Shown here one piece after another: positions 40,246-51,994 of a stretch of DNA of 64,000 bases; position 1 is the first letter of the stretch, and the number at the start of each line of letters is the position of its first letter. The notes under the pieces were generated by a model that saw only the letters and a list, made by a program, of their open reading frames with translations, was not told the DNA's origin and made no database searches. This DNA is from Pecten maximus. Its lineage: Eukaryota. A program made the position numbers and the translations under genes. The DNA lies in the NCBI RefSeq assembly GCF_902652985.1, contig NC_047017.1, positions 28,582,001-28,646,000 on the forward strand, in the 5' to 3' direction.

Positions 40246-42199
40246 TATCAGTAGATGCTTATTTCTTTTCAGTTGTGATAATCATAGATCTATTCCTATA
40301 TTGTTTGCTACTAGTATTTCAGACAGACTGTTAGAGACTTATGATATGGGCTGTTTTATACCATATTCTGTTGACATCTACAGATTTATTTCACGGGTAA
40401 GTCCCAAATCATCATTCTTCATATTCAGTGAAAACTTCCAGGAAAACATATTACATACCATTTGTTTTTCATCTTCTGACTTTGGTCTGACATATTGGTT
40501 AGCTCTATCATGAATATATACTGCAAGTCCCATTGTCATAGATATACAGATACGGGAGTACTACACCATCGCATGTCATTAATATCACTGCACATTCTAT
40601 AATTTTGTATGACATCATTCTAATGAGTGCATTCCAACAGATTTCTGATTTGTCCGTGGCTGTGAAGTTGATTTTGTACGTATAGATTTGTTTCTGCCTG
40701 TCTCAAGCTTGTTATGTTTCTTTATTTTATTGATGGTAATGGGTTTTCATTTTGATATGATACTTTTTCTTGATGCTCATGTTAATTCAGTAATACCATG
40801 AGACTAGTGTCGGACTGTAGTGTGTATAGGAATGTCTAGTGTACAGAAGAGGCTTCAACACTTAATATATTGAAGTTTACTTGACTTTGTGTTTCTTGAC
40901 AAGGAATTCAATTATGTAAATGTACCTATATATACTTCCCCCTATGGTCATTTTGTATTATTGTTGTTCATTGTTTTACAACAACTGTGAAACAGGTTAT
41001 ATCAATCGACTATTGATATCAAATAAGACATAACAGGAGAGGTTGTATGCTGAAAAGAAGGGGAAGGTTGGAGGGGGGGGGGGGGGGGGGGGGAGGAGGG
41101 GTGTGTGTATATATTCTTAAAAGATATATATAAAGGATGGGTTTGGGCTTTTGAATGTACAGGAGTAAAGTGTATGTGTATCAGGGTGGAGGTGGTAGAG
41201 CTGAAGCCGAGTATTACAAGGAGGTGTGGGAGTGTGTGTGTGCGTGTGTGTGTGTGGGGAACTCGTTAAGTTCTGTGACATACATCTTGTATTAACATAA
41301 ATCAGTTGTGGTGACAAATTGCAGCTAGTAAATACATTTTCGTATCCAATACTGAATCGTCATTTCAGGGTATGTAACATGGTTGAGAAAGTTCCAGTTC
41401 ATTCAGTGATCTGCCAAAAATGTTTATCTCCTGAAATGATTTCATCATTATGTACATTAACAGTTAATGATATTGTAAATAAAGTTATAAAGAACATTGT
41501 CAAAAAAGTTGTAGAAATTTGTAAACCGTTAAATATAACTTTTGACATTTGGAGATGTATGTTCTATAATATAGGTAATACCCAGGGAGGTATGGGGTTG
41601 ACATTTACACTTCATTGTTTAATGTACATAGGTGTCCCAGTTTCTTGAATGTTCTGTTATCTTATAACTTGTTAATGATTTTTCCTATATCACTTCGCCA
41701 TACCATAGTTTTACCGAAGAGAGGCATTATTGGAAGATCTCAAGAGAAATATTACATTCTATACAGCTTTTCTACGAGTTGTCTTAATAAAACGTTTATG
41801 AAACTGGTTTAACTTGATTTCTGATGAAGTGAGTGTGGTGTGAACCAAAGGACAGTATGTAATATCAGGGGTGTAAGTCCCTGGTAAAATATCGGTTTGA
41901 AGTGGAATATTTATGTTATATCATGTCCAGGAGAGCTGTGTTTGAACATCTGATTTCCTGATGATGCATATTTTTGATACTACCATGTGTAGTAGACTAT
42001 TGTCATATTGTGATAATGAAATTGCATTAAAAAATGAGAATACAACAAATTGTATTTACTTGTTTTCCTTTCATTTCCTAGCTGTCAGTCTAACCTGTAA
42101 TAGTATATAAAGTCAAGACTATATCAGATCGGATTATGAGTAAACATCTTCCGCCATTATACCACAGCTCCACATCCAAGTTCTAAAAAACGTTTCAGT

Positions 42200-43097
42200 T
42201 GCACAGTGACGGTCGGCCCGGTACTCTTGACATGATCACAGTGGCGATCGGCCCGGTACCCTGATATGATCAAAGTGATAGTCGGCCCGGTACCCTGACA
42301 TGATCACAGTGATGGTCGGCCCGATACCGTGACATGATCAGTGACGGTCGGCCCGATGCCCTGACATGATCAAAGTGACGAACGACCCGGTACCCTGACA
42401 TGATCACAGTGATGATCGGCCAGGTACCCTGACATGATCACAAGTGATGGTCGGCCCGGTACCCTGACAAGATCACAGTCATGATCGGCCAGGTACCTTG
42501 ACATGATCACAGTGATGGTCGGCCCGATACCCTCATATGATCACAGTGATGGTCGGCCCGATACCCGTGACATGATCACAGTGATGGTCGGCCCGATACC
42601 CTGACATGATCACAGTGATGGTCGGCTCGATACCCTGACATGATCACAGTAATGGTCGGCCCGATACCCTGACATGATCATAGTGATGGTCGGCCCGATA
42701 CCCTGACATGATCACAGTGTTGGTCGGCCCGATACCCTGACATGATCACAGTGATGGTCGGCCTGATACCCTGACATGATCACAGTGATGGTCGGCCCGA
42801 TACCCTGACATGATCACAGTGATGGTCGGCCAGGTACCCTGACAAGATCACACTGATGGTCAGCCCGTTACCCTGACATGATCACAGTGATGGTCGGCCC
42901 GGTACCCTGACATGATCACAGTGATGGTCGGCCCGGTACCCTGACATGATCACAGTGATGGTCGGCCCGATACCCTGACATGATCACAGTGATGGTCGGC
43001 CCGGTACCCTGACATGATCACAGTGATGGTCGGCCCGATACCCTGACATGATCACAGTGATGGTCGGCCCGATACCCTGACATGATCACAGTGATCA
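42200..43097. repeat. 34-bp GC-rich minisatellite (CAGTGATGGTCGGCCCGATACCCTGACATGATCA), about 26 units
   Basis: Clear period of 34, more degenerate at the left end. Confidence 0.95.
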
Positions 43098-43544
43098 TAG
43101 CGACACATTGTCTAATAAATGATATGAATGCCTGGATTTATATACAAATATTGATAAATGCAAATGGATGCGAATTAATCTTCACAAGATGAAATTATAC
43201 GCCCGATTAGATTTCGGTGTTCACCGGTTTGGGCAAAATGTCATTTATAGACCGCATTTGACGACTTCGAAAATGATGATGATAATAAAAATGATTAAAA
43301 AAAACCCGCAAAAACTGCCGGTGTAAAGGATGTGTCATGAACCCATGGAAACATTTATTTTATTGAAGGGTTTGTAGGGGTATATCCGTGTGAGCCCCAC
43401 TGACTTTATTTGGAGTCTACGTGTCACTCCGGAGTATATGTGAGATTGTTTGATGGCAAACCTGCTTAGAATAACAGCAGCAAACGTTCGGAATATACAT
43501 TGTACACGCTATCTTATGTTCTCTTATAATGATACGTTAAACAA

Positions 43545-43744
43545 ATTTGATTTAAACATATTTTTATTGTTAAATATAACAACAGGAATAGGACACAAGT
43601 TATCGCAACTTAAAAACGCCTTCCAATAATCATTATGTACATAATATGAATTTACAACATAATGCAGTATATGAAATTTGGATATGATGTAAGAAAAGAG
43701 AGAGATGGGGGACAAAATGAAAAGTTGATATGTTAATGCTAGTT

Positions 43745-43799
<55 letters not shown>

Positions 43800-45220
43800 A
43801 AATCGATTACTGGATTTAATAAAATTTTGAACATATTGAAAAATATAGCCGTTTTGTTCATCAGATAATTTATGAGAGAATAACATTGAGCGTCACATTA
43901 CAATAGCGGGAGAGATTATCAAATAAAGTTTCACGCTCTCTTCTGTACAATATACAATCAAAAAAATAATGATATATGTGTTCACACTCATTACCACATG
44001 AACAGGTTGGATCATTTATTATATTTACTCTGTACAGAACATAGTTTAAGCTACTACAAACATGTCTTAACCTGTGTGTAAAACATTTAATTTTCTATTT
44101 CCAGTTAGATAATAAATAGGTAATACATCACGATTGTTTTCTATTTTGGATTTAAAACTACTAATGGATGGCTGTTTTCTGACATCAATAGGTAGATTAT
44201 TCCATAACCTAACAGAAGATGGGATAAAGGATTCATAAGAAGTAGACAATCGAAAATTTGGAACGGTATAGTTTTCCTTATTTCTAACATTATACGAATT
44301 ACGTTTACCTACTCTTGGAGGAAGAAAATTGCTAAAATAGGAAGGAGTTAAATCATTGTGGAGTTTATACATCATTGAAAGTTTACGGAACTTTCTTCTT
44401 TCAGATGAAGGTTGGAGCTGGGATTCCTTATATAGAGATTGTTTGCTAGAGAAAGATGGCATGCCGGTAATGATTCTTGCTGCCTCAAGTTGAACTTGTT
44501 CTAGTTTATTTACATCTGCCAGAGAACAACCATCCCATACCTCACAAGCATATTCCAATACAGGCAACACAAATACTCTATAAATTCGTAATTAAGTTTT
44601 TCTACTCAACAAAAATTTGAATTTCCTTAATACCGATACCTTTTTCATACATGTTTTTATAATTTCTGCTATGTGCAGGGACCACTTTGCATCCGAACTG
44701 AGAATCACACCTAAGTGTCTATGGTTACCAACTAATTTCAAAGTTTCTTCTCCAAAAGTAAGGTTCAAGGGTGGAATATTTTTTGAATTTGTTATTAGCA
44801 ATACATCAGTTTTTTGTGGGTTAAATTTAGTGAGCCAGTCTTGAGACCATTTATTGAGTTTTTGCAAATCATTATTAAGAGATCTTTGAATCTCTAAAAG
44901 AGATGATGAAGAATACATTAACGAAGTGTCATCAGGAAATAAACGAGATATACTATTCATATTATCAACAATATCATTTACATTTTATATATATTAAAAA
45001 CAAAAGGGGTCCCAAAACGCTTCCCTGTGGTACGCCAGCAGTCGTATAACCTGTATTGGAGTACACATTTTTAACTAAAACTTGTTGCTGACGATAGGTA
45101 TAATTTTTTAACCAAACTAGAAGATCATCCCTAATACCATATGCTTCTAATTTAATTAACAAACCCTTGTGCCATACACGGTCAAACGCTTTGGAGATGT
45201 CGCAAAAGATAAGACATGCG
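43545..45220 (-). mobile_element. 5'-truncated CR1-group LINE, frameshifted pseudo-ORF2
   Basis: CDISKAFDRVWH, GVPQGSVLGPLLFLIYI, LFPDDTSL (FADD mutated), HLGVILS, PVLEYACEVWD across three frames; AATAAA near 43562; (GA)n at 43749-43796 in the 3' UTR. Confidence 0.92.
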
Positions 45221-45511
45221 TAAACAAATGTAACTGATGAAGCAATGGATTTAATGTAGACTTGCCACACATGCAGCCCCTAAGTTTCTAATACTAGATT
45301 ATCTCCCCCTAGTTTGAATCCTATAATCAGACATACCCCAGACACCAAAATCATAAAGGTCAATGTTATCTATAATTTCAATATTCTAGAGTCAGGAGGC
45401 CAGTCTAGGTATAATGTAACTCCTCCCATAAAAACATCTGTTTCGGTTCATTTTCACTCTTTTGTGGATGACTAACCAGTTTTATATAACTACCTAATTC
45501 ATACCAAAGGC

Positions 45512-45625
45512 GATTGCTTCTGGTTAGTATCAACAGAAAAAATCTTAGCCCCTACTCCTATATTCCGTTGATAGAGAAGGAGTAGGGCATACTAGTTTTT
45601 CTATTAATACTAACCAGAAGCAATC
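45512..45625. mobile_element. Short imperfect hairpin (MITE-like)
   Basis: GATTGCTTCTGGTTAGTAT...ATACTAACCAGAAGCAATC inverted arms. Confidence 0.6.
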
Positions 45626-46064
45626 ACATGTGTTGATACTTACGAGCCTATTCAATATCTGTACAATCCTTCAAACGAGGACAAACTTAACGTTACTTTT
45701 ACTACTGACTATCATATATATATACTAGTATCAACAAGGCTTAACGTTCGTCTCAACTGTAGTGTTAACAAAACTCAAAGACAAAAGCCGGGTTTTCATA
45801 AGGAACAGATTTTCACAGGAGAACACATTATCTCTATACATTGTACATCGCTATATGTTATATGCTGAATTAGGACCTTTTTCTTTCATATTAACAGTCA
45901 TAAAGTTATTTTCTAGCTTTCCCCAATCCATTACCGTTTATAGGTATTCATTCATTCATCTATTTTTTTTAATTGAGAAGAGAGTGCGATACGGTTTTAG
46001 AAATCTGACGGAGTAATTCATCGAAAGATAATCACAAGTAAATGATGTTTAATGTAGTAATGTT

Positions 46065-46206
46065 TATGGCAAGCCAAGTTGTCATTTATTCGTGGAGCAA
46101 TTTTGATACAGTATTATTTAACAAATCATATAAGATGTCTTATATAATTTGGTTAATTCCTAGTTCAACGTTGCTCCGAGAATAAATGACAACTCGGCTT
46201 GCCATA
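46065..46206. mobile_element. Short imperfect hairpin (MITE-like), TA-ended
   Basis: TATGGCAAGCCAAGTTGTCATTTATTC...GAATAAATGACAACTCGGCTTGCCATA. Confidence 0.65.
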
Positions 46207-47359
46207 CATTTAACTGTTTCTACTATTCATGATTAAATCTAGCTTGACACATCACATGTCTCATATTTGCCCGCAGCATGGCTGCGCAAATCCACACTGC
46301 TAGCGATATATACAACATGTCAACCTCTTTTCACACTGAATAAAATGATAATATATTATGAATATGACGATTTTAATCTGTATCAGACCATTGTATGCAT
46401 TTTCTCTCGGCTCCGTCATCGAGCGGAGGAGGGTTCCTTATCTCGAATTCAAATCTTTTGTCAAGTTTTGGTGACCGAAATTGCTATCCACTTTCTTACT
46501 GAGTTCTTGGCTATCTTAACAATTTCACACCAATATTAGTTTTTATCTCTACCGAACGTGCACGTCTTGGTAAAACAATATGGTATACAGGACTATTCTG
46601 TCAGAGACGTGTGTTCTAGTTCTTTATATCATTGAACATATGTTTACGTAAGAGAAAACCATACACAGGTATCATCAGTCAGTATTTATACGCTGAGGAT
46701 TTGGTGGTTTTTTTCTGAAAGTGTTATTATTCTATAACTTTATATAATTTTGGCTATGCGATGGCGTTCTCGTTGGAGCTATGGATGAATTTTGCTATCG
46801 AGGTGTGATTTAAGATACAATAATAACCCAGGTGTTGATTAAAACTACCTATCTGGTCAGGACAGAAAAGCTCAAATACTAGTTAAGGATAAACAATCTG
46901 AAAACTTTATCTTACAAACAGTCCATGAAGAATTGTATAGAATGACTGGTGTAAACACTAATAGTATTAACTGGGTTATTTTAATGAAACAAAAATGTTC
47001 CTGTTTTTTTAAACCAGGGTGATTGATGTAAAAATTGACTTCTTTTAACGAATTTTGATCAAGCGAAGCAAAGTCTTCTTTATATGACTAATTCATCTCC
47101 GAAATGTGAGGTATTCAGATTTCTTGAATCAATACCATAGAAATTCGAGAAATTTATTCACAAAGTTACGTATGGCATCTTCTTAATTTTACTAAAGTTG
47201 CTTTGCTAATATCATTTCTCATATTTGTATGTCCATGTTACCGTGTCTAATGACGTACATTTGTATCTATATTAAAATATATCATTGACATCGGTCATTG
47301 ATTTAAAATTAACTATTAAGTAAACAGAATTATAAGGTAATATACAATTTATGCAAATT

Positions 47360-48550
47360 TGTATAGTTCGCAGGTAAACTATAGTTATTGTATCTACTAA
47401 TGTATAGTTCGCTGATAAACTATAGTTATTGTATCTACTAATGTATAGTTCGCTGGTAAACTATAATTATTGTATCTACTATGTATAGTAAGTTCGCTGA
47501 TCAACTATAATTATAGTATCTACTAATGTATAGTTCGCTTGATAAACTATAATTATTGTATCTACTTATGTATAGTTCGCTGATAAACTATAATTATTGT
47601 ATCTACTAATGTAAAGTTCGCTGATAAACTATAATTATTGTATCTACTTATGTATAGTTCGCTGATAAACTATAATTATTGTATCTACTAATATTTCAAT
47701 TTCTACTCAAGTTGGACTCGATGAAACTACCAAACTTAATCTTTTTCATTTGCTCATGAATTTGACTAGATTAACACTGATCAGTGCGTATGAATACATG
47801 GTTAAAATCCTTCCGCGGAACTATTTCACTTTTTCTACATTGTTGTTACAGTATAAACATGGATTAATTATGAAAATTATCAAATTTATAATGTATTTTT
47901 GTATTTTATGAAAGACCAGATATGCTAGATACTTTTTTTTGGACAAAATAATGCTGTTTTTAATCCTAAAATTGCGGACTATTTTACTCGACCGCACAAT
48001 CCGGAACTCCTCGGGCTTTTCCACATTTAGACTTGCACAAGCTACAAGATATTAAAATAGACCGACTTTTTTATTCGAAAAAAAAAACAATTGAAATATA
48101 AGGATTGAATCTAGATTTGGTCGATTTCATGGGGTCATGAATTGAGTTGCTCTTGAGACAAATTAAACATGAACTGCTTCGCAGTTCATTAAATTTGTCT
48201 CAAGAGCAACTCAATTCATGACCCCATGAAATCGACCAAATCAAGATTCAATCCTTAAATGTATAGTTCGCTGGTAAACTATAATTATTGTATCTACTAA
48301 TGTATAGTTCGCTGGTAAACTATAATTATTGTATCTACTAATGTATAGTTCGCTGGTTAACTATAATTATTGTATCTACTAATGTATAGTTCGCTGATAA
48401 ACTATAATTATTGTATCTACAAATGTATAGTTCTCTTGTAAACTATAATTATTGTATCAACTAATGCATAGTTCTCTTGTAAACTATAATTATTGTATCT
48501 ACTTATGTATAGTAAGTTCCCTGGTAAACTACAATTATTGTATCTATATA
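47360..48550. repeat. 41-bp minisatellite interrupted by a ~570-bp insertion (47691-48257)
   Basis: TGTATAGTTCGCTGRTAAACTATAATTATTGTATCTACTAA units on both sides of the insert. Confidence 0.9.
48099..48257. mobile_element. Near-perfect 159-bp palindrome (hairpin MITE or element end)
   Basis: TAAGGATTGAATC..GAACTGC TTC GCAGTTC..GATTCAATCCTTA; arms about 78 bp with few mismatches. Confidence 0.85.
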
Positions 48551-48554
48551 CAAA

Positions 48555-49520
48555 ACGTAATATTTTTACGGATGCCTAATTTGAATTTCGTCCTAGAGTC
48601 AGAACTGTGGACGCTATTTTTTGCTTTAAAATTAATTTTGCAAAAAAACTTTTTCAGAAAAAGAGATTATATTTCTGTGTTATTGATTTCCGTAAGGCAT
48701 TTGTTTATGTTATTATTCCTGTGGAACAAATTACCAAAGATGGACATCATAGGTTAATTGCTAAAGACAGTAATGTCCCTTTATTCATTAGTAAAGTCCT
48801 GTGTATTAAGTAACGGCAGATGCTCAGATTATTCCACAACCAATATCGGATTGAGGCCAAGCGAAATATTGTCCTCTTACTTTTTCTTTATTTGTTAATG
48901 ATTTTGAAAAATAGTGCCTTCAGTTACGACTTTGGATAGCTTAGCTAAATCTTCTTTTGCATGCAGAGATGATTTAGGTTTGATTTCTGAAACAATCGAA
49001 GGTCTACAAAATCATTTAGGTAAGTTGATGAATACTCCCAAAATGGAAACTAGTTGTGAATACGGATAAAACCAAAATAGTTGTTTTTAGAATTGGACGG
49101 CGAATAAAATAAGTACTGGAGCTATAATGACAGTAATTTTGAGATCGTAGACAATTTTTGTTATCTTGATGCCCTATTTAGATTTAATAAAAATTTTACC
49201 CATATGGTTAAGCATGTAGCTGATCATGGTCGTAAACCACTTTTCGCTCTATGATCCAAATATCAACGCGTTCAATTAAATATTAAGACATTGTTAGACC
49301 TTTTAAATACATTTATGGAAGCTTTTTTAAAGTTATGCTTGTAGAATATAAGGGAGGTCAAATTGCACAGTAATAAAAAAGATCCAATTGGAATTATGCA
49401 AAAAAAAAAAAAAAAAAAAAAATGAAGTCAAGAAATCTGCCTTTAATGGTATAGTTTATATTGTATAAGGTCCATTGCCATTGGCAAATGAACACATTTT
49501 TAGAATGATAACATATTGCA
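48555..49520 (+). mobile_element. Heavily decayed LINE RT relic
   Basis: KKRLYFCVIDFRKAF (cf. FVDFxKAFD), later ADDL and WKLVVNTDKTKIVVFR fragments. Confidence 0.7.
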
Positions 49521-50090
49521 AAATGGAAATCAAATTAATTAAATCTATATATATATACAAATGTATATACAAAATGTACAATTAGTACTGTATGTCCTGA
49601 CTATTAGTAATGTACTGTATGTCCTGACTATTAGTAATGATTTGCTGATGAGTTTAAAAGTTCAAACCACAGACAAACCTTCGGTTGAATCATATACCAT
49701 GTGTCCATATTGTTTTAATTGTGATATCACTACTTTTCATTCATAATTCTTAAAAATAAATGTGATTAACTGGAAATTGTCCAACAGGTTATGACTATAC
49801 AAGCCTTATCTCGAGATACACATAGTTTTAAGTAATAGTATGATAATTTAAAGATTAGAGATAGCTTAGAACATATTGATATGATTATACAAAACTGAAA
49901 TATTCGGCTAGTAATAAACTTAATGTGATTTTTACGGATCTTTACGACAGTAACCTCATAGTGTCAGAATTTCGGTGATATAATGTGGTCTTAGGAAGTC
50001 TAACATACCGGTCGGTGAGGTATAATATTACAACTAGTCGGAGCTGTAAAAGGTTATGATGTTCTGATCCTACCTGGGCACTGTGATACG

Positions 50091-50176
50091 CCCCCGGCCT
50101 TTCGTCATGTTACGAATTGTGCAGCACGTGGAAGGAACTTTGAGAACAGGAAGTCACGGTACCAAGGGTATTTAAA
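50091..50176 (+). promoter_or_regulatory. TATA promoter of Gly/Tyr-rich gene 1 with bZIP-like, E-box and ETS-like motifs
   Basis: TATTTAAA at 50169, CACGTG, CAGGAAGT; motif order shared with 61054-61145; non-coding exon donor at 50222. Confidence 0.7.
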
Positions 50177-50724
50177 GGCCAGAGCCCGATCTTTTCGTCA
50201 CATCAAGTTGACGTCCAACAGGTAAGTACTTACATCTGAGCGGGAGTCTAGCTAGTATAGTATAGATTTATTTTATAATACATAGAAAAATATTTTCATA
50301 TCTTTGATATTTGCACTACATTTTGTCTTGACATCTTTCCTTTATTTTCTTTTTTCTCCCCCCCCCCCTTTTTTTTTCTTTTTTAACCATGTAACCAGTA
50401 GAAAACAATTTTCATAAGTTTCTTAATTGATATTCACCAGTTCAACTTTTTTGTCTATACGGCTTACTTTATAACACTCCATCAGAGTTGGTAGATAATT
50501 ACACGTGTCGGAATATAATGGCAGCCGAACATTCAGTATTAATATAAAAAGTCAAACTCGATCATTCCTTTTGTGGATTATCGCAAAGTAACTGTTTCCA
50601 TCAAAAATATTTTAATGGGTAAGTTCTTAGTCTAGACCTCTGCAAGACAGTGTGATTTGATTTAAGCTTAAAGAAGTGGTTGTTTTGAGAATAAACGTTG
50701 TTCATTTTGTGTATTACAGTCACC

Positions 50725-51398
50725 ATGAAGTCGTACTCTGCCGCTCTCATCGCTATATGCCTCTGTCTCGGCGTGTCATGCGCAATGGGAGCCGGATACG
50801 GTTCCGGATATAACAGCTACGACAACTATGGAAGCATTGGAGGCGGATATTCCATGGGGTACGGAAAAGGATACAGTGGTTACGGGAGTGGATACGGACA
50901 CGGTTATGGAAAAGGTCACGGGAAGGGATACGTCTCCACCGAGACTATTATCAGTCAACCTTACGCCCAGCAAATCGCTCTGCCACCACCACCACCAGTC
51001 CAGGATAATGATGGACTTTTTGGACTCGGTGGAGGATCCGGACTTCTGTGTAAGTGTTTGCAAAGCTAAAAATAAAGGTTTATAAAGGTTCATAATAGAC
51101 TATAATTGATACGGCTCACCATTAGTGCACATATTCTAATTTTGTGTTTTGTGTTATTCCAATTATCATAATCCCGAATTATACTTTTGAACCCTAAAAT
51201 TACCAACAAATACTTGAAGGAAAAATAATTGCGTGGCGTTGATTTATTTTCACAATTCGGTATTTACTGTATTACTAAATTCATGATTAAATGTATCATT
51301 AATGTGTATTCTGTACAATCCTTCTATATTGTTTCCCTTCGTTTTCAGTGCTCGGTCTGCCCCTTCTCCTTCTCCTGAGGAACTCCAACTCCGGTTAA
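50725..51398 (+). CDS. Secreted Gly/Tyr-rich low-complexity protein, paralog 1, 124 aa; coding exons 50725-51049 and 51349-51398; non-coding exon ending at 50221; 3' UTR exon from 51826
   Basis: Kozak CACCATG, signal peptide MKSYSAALIAICLCLGVSCA, GYG repeats, poly-Pro, tail GLLLLGLPLLLLLRNSNSG*; GT-AG sites conserved in the paralog; ATTAAA at ~51902. Confidence 0.88.
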
Positions 51399-51994
51399 AC
51401 TCCTGACGTTAACACTCATTACTGTAGAAGCAACTCTGTGATGTAAGTATATTTAGACCTTTGCTTTATTTAGTGATACTACTAATGTCTCGCGATGTTA
51501 AGTTCCTGATACATTGTCAGTTTAATATGGATCTTTGCATCCTGTGACATATAACATGTCCTATAATGACTGGCCATAGCATTGGAATTCTGTCACGGTT
51601 TACTTCAGAAAGTAGCTTGTTACAATTATCTTATGAACAAAAATACAAATTTGTCACTTATGGATGTTTTAAGTTCGATAGAAAATATTATGGAACAGTG
51701 CCTGTTAGATTAGACTTGCTTTCTGCGTCAAATTCCTTAATTTTGTAAACATGTATACCCTAATTACTTTGTATTTCTTATGGCTATAACAATGTGCTTA
51801 ATTGTATTATTTCTTCTCGTTTCAGACATCGCGCAATATTGGCAGTTAGCACTTCGTCTGTGTGTAATTTATTTGTATACTTATGTGGTTTTTATTTGAT
51901 GATTAAATATGTAAATCTTAGTTATGTTGTTACATCTTGTTTTATTTTCAATCTACATTGTGTTGATTTAAGGACGTAAGTGAATATTGGAGTA

